Shown here: positions 26,939 to 40,700 of the stretch, in pieces
Position numbering within the stretch: the stretch's first letter is position 1
Layout of the letters: the number at the start of each line of letters is the position of its first letter
Origin: Azolla caroliniana
Lineage: Eukaryota > Plantae > Polypodiophyta
Reading direction: 5' to 3'
Length of the DNA stretch: 64,000 bases
Assembly: GCA_043228905.1 (NCBI GenBank)
Contig: JBHGNT010000011.1
Span: forward strand, 22,010,001-22,074,000
The notes under the pieces: model-generated
What the model saw: the letters and a program-made list of their open reading frames with translations, nothing else
The model's database searches: none
Told to the model about the DNA's origin: nothing
Made by a program: the position numbers and the translations under genes

Positions 26939-28327
26939 CAATCACCTGACCCGACATCAATTATCCAGTCGGCGTGATCAGCCAATATATGCAGAAGCCG
27001 ACCGTGGAGCACCTTCTATGCGCGCATCGAATTTTGCGATATGTGAGGGGCACAAAGGAACGGGGATTGTTATATCAGCATGGTATAACTGAAGAGCTAG
27101 TCGGCTACATTGATGTCGACTTGGGCCGGCGATGCATCGGATCGTCGATCCACCTTCGGCTATATGTTTTCCCTTGGTAGCGCGGCTGTTGCGTGGAGCA
27201 GCAAAAAGCAGCCAACAGTGGCCCTTTCGAGCACTAAGGCTAAATACTGGGGCACTATCGTTGCCACCTATAAAGCCATTTGGCTTCGGCGACTACTGCA
27301 AGACCTGCAGATCGAGGGGCCGACCCCGATCCTGATCTACTGCAACAACATAAGCAGCATGCAGCTCGCCAAGAACCCCGTCTTCCATGCTCGGACAAAG
27401 CACATAGAAGTGCACTACCACTTCATGCATGAGCGTGTCCTGAGCAGTGAAGTCGAACTTCGGTATGTTCATACAGATCGGCAAGTTGCCGACATCTTCA
27501 CCAAACCGCTCGGATCGGACAAGTTGCAGCACTTCACCGAAATGTTTGGTGTTCAACATCTCGACATGCCACACTTGAGGAGGAGAACTCGCGAAGACAC
27601 CGAAACGGGCAAAGGCAAAGAGATTGTCGATTGCGCCAGTAAGGGAAGAGCCGACAAGGGGAGAGACAAGAAGAAGAAAGGAGTTGAGTCGACGAAGGAA
27701 GTTGACACATCCGAACAAGTCGGAACCAGCGGCAACAATGGAAGAGTCAAGAAGGATAGAGCCGCCAAGACCCGGACATGGTCCGATGTGGTGAAGGGCC
27801 TGGAACCGGAAAACGAATCGGGAGCGACCGATTCGGACAAGAGCTTGAACGAATCGGAGACAGTCGATTCGGTTCAACATACGGATTCGGAAGAACCGGA
27901 TCAATTCAAGGCCAAGAGGACGAGAAGGTAGCGAAAGTCTACGCCAACACGAAGGAATCGGTGAATCGGCAAGAGCCGAAGTCACATCAGCGAGGGAGCA
28001 GGTGAATCAGCATCCGGAAGGATGAAACTGGAATCGGTGAGACGGATCGGCGAGCCGATTAGCTGGATCAAACAGTAAACCGGAAACTTAGTAGTAGCCT
28101 AGACCACTAGGTAGTTAATAGTCTCGTAGTTAGTGTCAAACGCTCGAGTGAGCATTGAAGTACACCGTACTTCTGTCAGTCCTCTTAGGAATTGTATAAA
28201 TAGTGCGGTTGAGCACGTCTTATGTACAAAGAACTATTATTGTTTTGTAATAGAATTTTTAAACGTTCTGCTCTTTCTCTGTCTCTCCTGTGTATTAATC
28301 TATCTCTCTCTCTCTCTGTTGCTACCA
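26939..28327 (+). mobile_element. 5'-truncated Ty1/Copia fragment: RT C-terminus, RNase H, a charged extension and an LTR-like tail
   Basis: PDINYPVGVISQYMQKP, (frameshift) WAGDASDRRST, WSSKKQPTVALSST, HARTKHIEVHYHF and QVADIFTKPL. The tail has tataaata and a CT-rich tract ending in ...CA at ~28327; the 3' boundary is approximate. Confidence 0.8.
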
Positions 28328-29112
28328 GGCTAGGCCGGTTTGTTTGACGCTTCCGCACATAATCCTTCACACTCATGTAATTTTGCTCCATCTTTAGTGA
28401 ATGGAAGAATACAATCACTCTAGCAAATATAGCACAATCTTCTAAAAACCTTGTATGGCACTAAAAGAACAAGCCTTGATGTTGATTGTACTATATTTAT
28501 TGCACATGAACCGCCATATAATCCCCTAAATTTTCCAACATTCCTAATCAGACGCTTAGAGTAACCATGGAACCCTTTCAAGGTTAGAGTGGTCCCATAT
28601 ATGAGTCCCATGGCTCTCTTTCTCTGTTTTTATTTTGTATTTTCATAAATAGAATCGTAATAATTACGGAAAGAAGGCAACAAGTACAAATAACACAAAG
28701 ACAGATGACCTCGTGATAATCTGTATTGATATCCTATTGACTTCCAGAACTTATGTGACGAAAAGGCCAACACAAAAGGTGAACACGAAGCCTTATAAAA
28801 CTTGTCTATTTGTATCTCATTCAATTATAAAATCCTAAAGATTTCCAACAACCAAATTTGCTACGGTAATCTGTCTTTCAAATGCTTAATATGTCTTTGC
28901 ACCCAAATTATGCCTTTAACATGAAGATGACGTGCATATACCAAATACATGAAGTAACCCTCGATACCTTGAGGAAGTCAAAAAATAATAGAAAGAGCAA
29001 AGAAGTAAAACTTGTGAGATTACCCATTGGAACGTAGGTTGTGAAACCACTATTATTGAAGCCTATGTGACAGAAATATGTCCAAATCAAACTTAATGTT
29101 GGTAATGGTAAT

Positions 29113-32100
29113 TGACAGGAACTGCACGCTCCCTATGCGCAACGCTCGGCCACAACCGAGCTTAGAATCATACACAGAAAACGGGAAATGAAAGACACAA
29201 CATAAAGGGGAGAAGAGTACACATGATGTTTAACGTGGAAAACCCTGAGAGGGAAAAAAAACCACGGGAGTCCACAGACTACAAACTATCACTATATAAG
29301 AATGTACAATGGTGGAGCACCGAGGCAACGACCTCAAGCTTGCTATCTTCGCCGCAGTCGGCGGTTACAACAGAGATACGAACTCTTCGTCTCTTTCTTT
29401 CTCTCTCTCTCTCTCTCATCTGTACACTGTTACACGCTCTCTCTTCTTGCACCAACAAGAATGACAACAACATTCTTTGTTTGCCCTAAGTCATATTTAT
29501 ACTGATATGACTTTTCGGCTATTTACAAATATAGCCACGATGAACTCTCAGAAACATATTTACGAATATGTCCCTTCATCCGGTGAGCACTCCTCATCGG
29601 GCCTGCATCATCCGACTCTTGCCGGGTTGCCGTCATCCGGTTCTCACCGAGTCTTCCGTAGCCGGGTACTCGTCATCCAACGCTTGCTGGGTACACCACA
29701 TTCAGTTCCCACCGGGTCTTCCGTTGCCGGGTACTCGTCATCCGGCGCTTGCCGGGTACACCACATCCGGTTTCAGCCTCGACCGAGTTTGCTCATCAGT
29801 ACCGTTCTTCTCATTTCCCATCCGGAGGGACCTGTTTCCTAACAAACTCTCCCTTCACTCCGGTATGGGATGCCTTACTAGTCCGACTCGCATGAAGTCC
29901 TTCATCCATAATATTTCCTTGCCGGCTTCCACAGCCGCCATGTACTCCGCCTCCGTGGTTGACAACGCAACCGTCTTCTGCAACCTCGACTACCACGAAA
30001 CAGCTCCCCCAGCATATGTCATTACATACCCGGATGTAGACCGGCTGGTATCCACATCAGCCGACATGTCTGAATCGGTAAAAACGTCAAGTTGAGGTTT
30101 ACCGGAGCCGAATTGGAGACACATGTTCGAAGTGCCTTTCAAGTACCGGAGTATCCATTTGACCGCGTTCCAGTGCTCCTTGCTAGGATTGCTCATAAAC
30201 CGGCTCACCACTCCGATTGCATATCCTATATCCGATCGGGTACACACCATTGCGTACATCAAGCTCCCGACGGCAAAGGCATATGGAACCTTCATCATAT
30301 CAGCCTTCTCTGCTTTCGTCTTCGGGCTTTGCTTACCGGATAATCTGCAATTTGCCGAGAGTGTCGATCTGACCGGTTTCGCATCTGACATGTTGAACCT
30401 TTGAAGCACCTTTGTCATGTATTTCTCCTGTGACAACCACAGTTGCTTCGTTGGCCGGTTCCAGATGATATGCATCCCCAGCATCTGTCTTGCCGGACCC
30501 AAGTCTTTCATTGCGAAGGTTTGATTGAGAGCCTTCTTCAGCATCCGTATTTTGGCTTGGTCCCATCCGACGATCAACATGTCGTCCACGTACAGAAGGA
30601 GTATCAAGAAGTCGCCTCCTTCGAACATCTTCACAAACACGCAGTGATTGGCCTGCGTCTTGTGGTACCCTTGATCGGTCATGAGGGAGTCGAACTTCCG
30701 GTACCATTGTCGGGGAGCCTGCTTCAGTCCGTACAGGCTCTTCTTCAACCGGCATACTAGGTGCTCCTTCCCTTTCTCCATGAATCCTTCCGGTTGCAGC
30801 ATGTAGATCTCCTCTTCAAGGTCACCGTGAAGGAATGTCGTCTTCACGTCCAACTGCTCTACCTCGAGGTCCATGCTTGCCGCTATACTCAGCACCGTCC
30901 GGATGGAGGTCATCTTTACTACCGGGGCAAATATCTCGTCGAAGTCCACACCCTTCTTCTGCTGGAACCCCTTCACCACGATCCTGGCTTTGTATCTTGG
31001 GGGGTTGCCGGCATCTCCCGGTTTCAACTTGTACACCCACTTTTTTCGGAGTGCCCGCTTTCCTTTTGGCAACTCCACCAATTCGTACGTATGGTTCTCA
31101 TGTAGGGAATCCATCTCATCCTGCATGGCACTTAACCATTTGCGGTTGTGGGTGCCATCCTTCGCTTCTTCGAAGCTTTCCGGCTCTCCCTCATCGGTCA
31201 GCAGCACATGCTCTGCATCCGGAAATCTTCGGGGGGCCCTTCTCTCTCTGAGAGGATATCTCCGTCTTTGGCTTTCGGCAACCGGCTCCACTATTTTTTC
31301 TTCATCCAAATCCGATTTGGGGTCTTGGCCGGTTTCGGTTCCAGCTTCCTCTACTTCTTCTTCAGCCTGTTCGATATCCTCACCGTAACCAGCTGGTTCC
31401 TCGAGTGCTAACCGGTCTCTTGCCGGTTGGGTCTGCGCATCGTAAAATGGATCCTTACCGGTCGACTCGGAGTTCTTTAACTTCTTCTCTGACCCCCAGT
31501 CGGCGAGCGTCTTGTCCTCCATGAAGATAATATCTCGACTCCGGAGTACCTTCTTGTCGACCAAGTCCCACACTCGGTAGCCGAACTCATCGTCGCCGTA
31601 ACTGAGGAATATGCATGGCCGGGTCTTTGGATCTAACTTTCCTCTCCGGTCCTTAACTACATGCACGTATGCGAGACACCCGAACACCTTCAGATGCCGA
31701 TAGGACACTTCCTTACCGGTCCATACTCTCTGCGGCGTGTCTCCGTCCAAAGGTATTGAGGGTGATCTGTTTATCACATATGTCGTCGTCGACAGTGCCT
31801 CAGCCCAAAACGTCTTGGGTAACTTTGCATGCGCCAGCATACTCCGGACCCTCTCCATTATGGTCCGGTTCATCCTCTCGGCCAACTTGTTTAGTTCCGG
31901 CGTCTTCGGCACGGTAAATTCAAGCCGGATTCCCTTCGAGCGACAATACTCCTCGAACTGCCCCCGGTATTCATCTCCGTTATCTGCTTGAACCACCTTC
32001 AGCTTCCTGTCGGTTTCTCTTTCCACTCTCGCATGGAGCTCTTTGAAGACGGATAGCACCTGATCCTTCGTCTTCAACGGTGTGGCCCACAGCTTCCAGT

Positions 32101-34419
32101 TGTGGTCATCTATGAACGTCACGAAGTACTGCGCTCCGGCATGTGACTTCGTGTCCACTTGACACGCATCAGTATGCACCAACTCCAGTGGTGCATTACG
32201 TCTCATCGGTGGCCTTGGTCAGAAGGAGGTTCAGTTTTGCTTACCGGCCAGACAATCAGTGCACTTCTCCAAGTGCACGTTCTTCACTAGAATGAAGTTG
32301 TCGTCTGCAAGCCTCTTCATCCCCTTCTCACTCATGTGACACAACCTCTTGTGCCACAGCTCACCGGCAGTGTCGGATGCCACGTTCACTTCCTCCGGAC
32401 ATAACCGGGCATTCATCAGGTACAATATGTTTACCTTCCGGGCCCGAGCCACAATCAGGCTCCCTTTGCTGAACTTCATAACATCGTTCTAAATGTTACC
32501 CATGTAACCTTCATCATCTAGCCGACTGGCTGATATCAGGTTCAGACGAACCTCCGGAATGTGTCAGACATCCTTCAACAACAACTTGCATCCGGTTGGT
32601 GTTGTCAGCCGCATGTCTCCTATGCCGACAATTCGGCATGTACCTTCATTCCCCATCCGGACACAGTCGTGATCACTGGTTGAGTAGGATGAGAAGCATT
32701 TCCGGTCCAGGGTAAGGTGGAACGACGTTCCCGAGTCCACCACCCAGGTCTTCTCGTCGCCGGCAAGGTTTATCTCACTTTCCTCGGTGATGAGCATCAA
32801 CTCGTCTTCTCTTGCCGCGATTGCCGTCGTTCCCTTCCGGTCCGGCCCCCTCCGGTCTTTACCATTTCGGTCCGGTGTCCGCTTCGAATCGGTACCGTCG
32901 GTTTCCTTGTCTTTCCGGAAATGCCGATAGTTCTTCTGGAAGTGTCCCGGCTTGCCGCAATAGAAGCAAGTAGGTCTCCCCCTTGACTTTGACCGTGTCC
33001 CCGACTTTTCCCGGTTCTAGGGACTACGGTTTCTTTGTCTTCCATGTTCCGATTCGGTAAGGAGCGCTTTGGAGTCGGGGCTCGTATCTTTATCTTTCCG
33101 ACGTGCCTCCTCATCTAGCAAGCTCGACTTTACTCTTGCTAGGGATAACCGTTTCCCTTCCGGCCCGGCGTTGCCCAAAGTGACAACCAACGTCTCCCAG
33201 CTATCCGGGAGGGAACCGAGCAGGAGTAGCGCTAGTACCTCGTCGGCGAGAGGTACTTCCAATGATGTTGCCTGGTGTATCAACCCCTAGAAGGCATTCA
33301 TGTGCTCTGCCATGCTGGAGCCATCTTGGTACCGGAGTCTTACTAGCTTCCGGAATACCGAAACATGGTTAACAACATTTTTGTTCTAAAACATAAGGTC
33401 GATCTTCTCCCAGAGCTCATGAGCCTTGCTCTCTTCATTAAAGTTGTTGTATAGACTCATGTCGATGAAGCACCGTATGTACGTCGTTGTCTTCATGTGC
33501 ATCACCTCCCATATCGTGGCGTCGATTTTGTCCGGTCTCTTGTCCCCGAACTGAACCGGAAACTAAAGATCTTTAACCACGAGCATGTCCCTCATCTTCG
33601 ACTTCCACACCGAATAGTTGGAGCCGGTGAGCTTGAACATACCTCCCAACGAATCATCCATTTTCTGTGTCGTTTCGCTCTGATACCACTTTGATAGGAA
33701 CTGCACGCTCCCTATGCGCAACGCTCGACCACAACCGAGCTTAGAATCATACACAGAAAACGGGAAATGAAAGACACGACACAAAGGGGAGAAGAGTACA
33801 CAGGATGTTTAACGTGGAAAACCCTGAGAGGGAAAAAAAACCACGGGAGTCCATAGACTCCAAACTATCACTATATAAGAATGTACAATGGTGGAGCACC
33901 GAGGCAACGACCTCGAGCTTGCTATCTTCGCCGTAGTCGGCAGTTACAACAGAGATACGAACTCTTCGTCTCTTTCTCTCTCTCTCTCTCTCATCTGTAC
34001 ACTGTTACACGCTCTCTCTTCTTGCACCAACAAGAATGACAACAACATTCTCTGTTTGCCCTAAGTCATATTTATACTAATATGACTTTTCGGCTATTTA
34101 CAAATATAGCCACGATGGACTCTCAGAAACATATTTACGAATATGTCCCTTCATCCGGTGAGCACTCCTCACCGAGCCTGCATCATCCGGCTCTTGCCGG
34201 GTTGCCGTCATCCGGTTCTCACCGAATCTTCCGTAGCCGGGTACTCGTCATCCGGCGCTTGCTGGGTACACCACATCCGGTTCTCACCGGGTCTTCCGTT
34301 GCCGGGTACTCGTCATCCGGCGCTTGCCGGGTACACCACATCCGGTTTCGGCCTCGGCCGAGTTTGCTCATCAGTACCGTTCTTCTCATTTCCCATCCGG
34401 AGGGACCTGTTTCCTAACA
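29113..34419 (-). mobile_element. Full-length but decayed Ty1/Copia LTR retrotransposon (element 1). LTRs 29113-29844 and 33692-34419.
   Basis: TG...CA LTRs, near-TSD GTAAT/ATAAT, tRNA-iMet PBS at 33677-33688 and PPT next to 29845. The gag-PR-IN-RT-RH region has several stops and frameshifts. About 24 LTR substitutions by eye, mostly transitions. Confidence 0.96.
29853..33661 (-). pseudogene. Disrupted Copia gag-pol of element 1
   Basis: ATG at 33661 (MDDSLGG), CCHC-like knuckle, WVVDSG protease, WHKRLCH, integrase and RT YVDD. There are in-frame stops and an RNase H deletion. Confidence 0.9.
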
Positions 34420-35999
34420 ATAATTAATGATCTAATGCCTATTATGTTCTAGTGATGTGCAAAAGAAACATGTTCCAATGATAGAATTTTGCTTTCTTAA
34501 AGCACCTTCTATGGGTAAAACCCCGATGATTAACTGGACAAACACCCTAGCTCAAATAGAATATATCAATGTTAACCCATCTCTACCACACATTGCCACG
34601 GTGCTAGGGGCTTCATACTTACCCATTCTCTCATAACACTCTTGGTTGTCCACTCATGCATGTAAATTAGCTTATGATAGACATACTTTGTTTTTATTTT
34701 GACAGGACACCGATGCCCTACAAATGTCCAATTAGCATTGGGTAAAGACCTTATCATAGACAACCTAACAATATTATAATATCATGAGTATTTCAATAAT
34801 TTATTCATCGAAGGATATTAATTTGTCTATTAGCTCATTGTCTCTCTTGAAACAGACAATAAACCTATCCTTTATTTTAGGTTTGCCTTTTGTTGGTCAA
34901 CTGATCGAAATGATTCAACAAGTTGTTATATATCCCTAAGCAAATAAATAGTTTGATCAATTTTTCAAGTCAATATGTGTTCCTTGAAACAGATATTTCA
35001 TTTGTTTGCCTAAAACTTTACTTAACTACCTTTTTTTATTCGACATCAAGCTTACTCTCTTCAAATAGATGCGAGTTAGAAAATTAATAAGATGTATTGT
35101 ATAATGAAAACACAAATACAAACGAAAGGATGTTCTTTGAAAAATCATGACACATTAATGGATTTGCTTGATCTCTTTACAACACTAACCCATATTTTAT
35201 GAATATCCCAATGCTTGTTTTAGCAATCTATTCCAAGAATTGACAGATTTCTAGTCTCGATTTGTCTCATGGTAAGAAAATTTTGATCTATATTTGACAA
35301 GTGAAAAGTATGTCAAAGTTAGATGCCGAGTGAAAGGTCTATGTTATTAATTCCAAAGTTCAGAATGTTTCAAAAGAAGAAGATTTTTGTGAGGAATGTA
35401 AAAACAAGGAATGCATGTTTACTTCTAACCAAGAGGTCGACTAACTACTTCGTAACTTAACTAGTAACAGTCGCTCAAACAAGAAAATGGAATATCTATT
35501 TATTTTCCATATAATACGCTTTTCGTTCGAGCTAAAAGGATATGATATATCACAATTATGACAATTTTATTTGGCTAGAAGAGAAACACTTTTTGGGTTG
35601 TGACAAAGTCTACTCACCAGCTCTCTAGCATAGACATTTTACAAGTCATACACTCCCATAATCTTGATTCTTATACATATATATTCCCTTTTCTTTTAGC
35701 TCTAACCAAAAGCATGTTGTATCGGACATAAACAACCTCATGCTACAATTACAAAATAATATGCTTCTATCTTGCTAGAAGAGAAATAATTTTTTGGTTG
35801 CAATAACACTCCATTATGTGGGAATGTAGCCTACACATTTTAGTCTACTAGTGGGGAATCTAATGAGATAGTATAACCATAAGAAACTATGGCATGCACT
35901 ATCTTTGGTAGAAAGTCATCAATATATATCATGTACACATGATCTAGTTTACTTCATGTTGACCAATACTCTACAAAACCTCGGCCTCTTATTGCCCCC

Positions 36000-36800
36000 A
36001 AGCTTGCAACTCTAGGGCATCCATTATAGAATGAGCGAATGTTGATTCTCCTACTTCATGACAATCATGAAAATGCCCCCATTAACGACCTTGCTTGCCT
36101 TACCAAAGAGCAAAGGACAATTATTGTTATAGTGAGTAGTCTTCACTCTTACACATTTAATGCATTCTAATTCCACCCACATTGGACGTTGTCACTCAAG
36201 TATTTCTTGATTCTCTAATAAAGGCATCCAATACCACACATGCATTACTTCTCCTGAAGAACACAAGCTTCAATTGGTTTTTTGTCTTTTCGTTATGGAG
36301 AGATTGGAAGAACCTCCAAGGTACCACGAGAAACTCCATAGGCATCTTCAACACAAGATTATTGTGTGATGCCTCACAACCATTGTTTTACCCTCTATGA
36401 TGATGGTATATTGCTTGTAAAAACCATACCATACCTCGATGGAAAAGGTCTAAAAATAACCCTCTATCATGAAAACCAAACCATGCCTCTATTGAAAAAG
36501 TTTGAAAAGGATCCAAAACATCCTTGGTATTTTCTGTTGAACAACACTCTCTTCACTAAAGATTTCTATACATTTCCATTTAACAATCTCCTTTACATAA
36601 TCTTCCATTGAAACATCAACCATACATCACAAATGGTCTCCTCGTTCCTCATCGCCAAACACAAAGTCAAGTTGCTTGACCTTTGCACAAGAAATTGCAT
36701 TCCCTGAAATCTCCCCACAAACTCGGTCATTGCACTTTTGTCTCTTTGCATCAATCATAATTCCATCATTCAATGCATCAGTTTGAATAGTGAAATAAAC
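36000..36800 (-). mobile_element. Possible highly decayed Ty3/Gypsy integrase remnant
   Basis: Minus-strand fragments faintly resemble the FTS/SYHPQTDGQ integrase region. There is no intact ORF and the boundaries are approximate. Confidence 0.25.
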
Positions 36801-37791
36801 ATCATACCCCTTATTTTGTCTCTATAGAGAAAATGTTGTGTTCTAGATCAAGGCAAGATATAAAATGGTTTGAAAGTCAAAACTTTGCATCATTATGCCT
36901 ATATATGTTCCCAAGTGAACAAAGTGTATTTGCAACTCCAATGCATACCAAGTTGGGAGACATGTGAAACATTCTATAATATGCTTTTGAATTAATTTCT
37001 GTATTATTGAATGTTTGATTGGTTTCTCATATTTTTTCACAAAATCCATGAATGAGGGATTACCATATTTTGCCCCTTTATGTTTTTACATTTACTTTTT
37101 ATGCTAAAATGTGTTGAAGCAATAGAGAAGCCTCATCATTACATTATTTATAAGTGGTATTGGATCCTCTAAGGTGCAAACCCAAAATTAACCCCCTCCA
37201 TATCTTTGTGAGGTGCATTGGGGCACAAGAGACAACGCATAGTTTAGTAATTTTTGTGAACGCCTCACTCCAAAACCATATTAACTAATGATATTGTATC
37301 GTCGAAAGAAAGTTTTAACTGTGAACCCATGTATTTCATTGATTTTTGCTCCTCCTACATGCTTTACATTCCCTCTCCTTAGATATACAGTAGTAAGTAG
37401 ACTCTAGAACAAGCAAAAACATGTGTAACAATCAAATAGAGTGTGTTAAATAAAGCATTTGGAGTCCTGCAAAGAGAGAGTGCTAAATAAAGCAGTTAAG
37501 AGGTTTTATCAGGGTGTAAGTACCATTTTGGAGGTTTTATTCCTGTCTTGTACTATTTATTATCTGATTGACGATGGAAGCTTGCATAAAAATGGCGACT
37601 TAAATCTATCAGGATCCAAAGCACTACCCGAAGCCATTATAAATAATGACATAAAAGGCTTTATAACAGAGTTGAAGAGTTCTGTCTTTCCACTATCATC
37701 TTATAAAGGATTGAAAGATAAGATGACACGGCTTGAAAGGTTATCTATTCATTTAATATATCTGGGTTGAGGGGTTCATATTCATCAGCAC

Positions 37792-40700
37792 TCAAGCAGC
37801 ATCAATAGGGAGCTCCACAATTAATTGAATGTCCATCATATCATCTGGTTTTGACTTTACCATGATACCGTGTTCTGTGTGCTTATGTTGATAGAGCTGT
37901 TCCAGCTCATTCAACTTCTCTTTCTTTATTAGCATTCGACTCAAACATCTAGAATTCCCTGGAGCAATCTCAATGGGAGAACCAATCTTATTAGTGTCCA
38001 TATTTGGAAATGATTTCTTGAGGGTTGTTTTACCACCACCTTGAATCTTTCTTACATTTTTGTCTAGGAAAGCAGTTAATCTCCTACCTCTTTGACCCTT
38101 TTTCTGCGTATTAAGACTCCTTTTGGTTGATATATTCTTTTCCATTCCTCCAACTACACTATAACCTTGCTTTTCTTCTAGTTGGAGATCTGAAATTGTT
38201 TGTGTTACATATAAGATCGCTTTATCATAGCATGAATTTCATTAAACTGGATTTGTTTTGTCAATGTATATTCCTTAATACCTGATGTTCTCAATCTCTT
38301 TGAATACCGTGTATTGTCTCTACCTGCAGGGATGTCTTTAGCTACAATATTGCTGAATGATAGCTCAGTAACATTGGTCTTTGAAAATTTCAACTTATTC
38401 ATACCATGTGCCGTGTTGTTTTCCTCCATTGCAATCATCTGGTCCACTGGCTTAATATGTTGTCCATTATATAAACCCAAAGAACCATCTTTCCATGTTG
38501 GAGAACAAACGACAGTTCCATCGTTAGGGAAACATCTTTGTATTAAACTAGCCGAGTTTGAATAGTTAGTTTTAGTCGGAGATCCTTCATTACTACAGCA
38601 AATAGATGAATCACTTCTTTTTCTTCGAAAAAGCAAATTCCGTTTTGACTTATCTTCAGAAGTATCACTGGCGATTATTTTCTTGAAAACCTTCAGCATA
38701 TCGTCACCTAATTGTATTCTAGTTGTTGGTCTTCTTGACATACTTTTCTCATTAGAAGTATAGTGGAATATGGTATTGCCTGTTTTCATCATATGGACCT
38801 CCCTTTATATTTCGAGCTTATAAATAAATCTTGCAGTTTGGAAACAATCAGTTTGAAGTAGTGTTACCTTTCTTAGAGCAAGAATCATCATCTCTTTCAT
38901 GTGATAATTTATCATCGCATGATGGATTCATATCCATGGTGAGCTGTTTCAATCCATCTAGGGCGGACACTTGTTGATCTGTTAATATTGATTTTTCATC
39001 TGAATCTTGACAACCATATTCAGAAGTCCCTGCTAGCCTAGTAGCAAAAGCTGCACGAGCTGCGAGGAGTCCTAATCGTGGCTTTAGGTTTCTGTTGTCA
39101 AGTGTTCCTTCTAGTTTTGCATCAGATTTGTTTTTTCTGGTTCTCAATGTTCTTTTTGTGCTGCTCAGACTAGTTGTCACGAGATTAACAGTTTCTTTGT
39201 GGCCCTCACAAGTTTTCATGAAGAAAAAGCACATTAAGTAAATGGAAGTTTCCACATTGCAGAAAGCATAGAAAAGAGTCTGAATTCAATCTAAAGATGT
39301 GTGCTTTCAATATTAGAATTTAGAGAGTGAAGGAACAACGATACCTTCAGCTATCGCCGTTATTTTGTCAATGTCTTCTTCCAACAATATAGTATCTTGA
39401 TCACTTGAAATACTTGCTTCATATCGGGAATAAATGCTCTCACCTGTAGAAGATTTCAACCATTGGGAGAGCACTGGGAAGTTTTCAATGCTCTCTTGAC
39501 TTATAACATAAATTTGTCTCGCAGAAGCTCTGCATGATTTTCCTTTCATTTCCTTATCCAACCAAACGAGATCAAAGTTGCATTTACAAGAAGCTTCTGA
39601 TGAATGCCGCTTCCTATTTATCTGTAAAATTTGTATTGAAAACGAATGACTGTATAATTAGATCGATATAAATATATATACATGTATATATACATGATTA
39701 ATGATACCTTCTGTATGGATGCATCATACAATAATTGAGGTGGATTTCCAGATCTATTATGAGGCACTCTCGAAGCTGCCACAACATCTCCAACTTGCAA
39801 GTTGAAGCATAAACCATTTGTGAGAATCTGTTCAGAACAAGGTCTGATCCTGCACCTCGCCTCTTCTGCAGTGAGAATACCCTCAATATCGTGATCCGTC
39901 CCATTATCACAATTAAAAGTAAGAACATCCTGGAAGCCACCAAAGCTGCACAAGATAATGGTTGCTTCTTCAGTATTTCTGTGACAAAAAATCTCCCTTT
40001 ATGTAGCAAAGAGTGCTTCAGTATCACTCCATATCACCATAGAAACTTTAATATGAACGCAGTAGCAAAGATTAAGATCAATCTAAAAACTTGATTAAGG
40101 TGGATGTATTGATTTAAACCATAACGCCTCTTGGTTTTTAAAGGTGTAAAAGTTTGTCCTCAGGCTTCATTTATACATGTATAAATCTGAAGCATCTCCA
40201 TTCATATACAAAAAAAACATTTCTAGGTTACTGCTCTAATATGTATTTATTTGATGCATAAACAGTAAAGGATGAAATAACAAGAACTTTCACAGCAGAT
40301 CAGAAGAAACGGGTCAAAAAATGGGATTCTAAGCTTAAAAAATGGGTCAGAAGAAACGAGACATTTTGTTGGAGATCACCAAGAAGACAATAAAAAGGCA
40401 ACTATCTTGGCTATTTCTACGATATGCAACTTTTTCTGCATAGTAAAACAAAGCCATAAGAAGAAGTTTGACAGCAGAAATGGGAATGTAAACTTAGTAA
40501 GACGTCTTATTGGAGATTTTCTCGAAAAATGCTGAGCGCGATTGCTCTACTTATTATTTCATCATTTCCTCTCACTGCGTAATAATTATGTCAATTTAGT
40601 TAATGGTGTATACAAATCCAATGTTCCATGATACAACAATTATTGATCAAAGTCTTCCTGATTGGACCAGAAAGAAATCGTTACTTTCCCAATACTAGTT

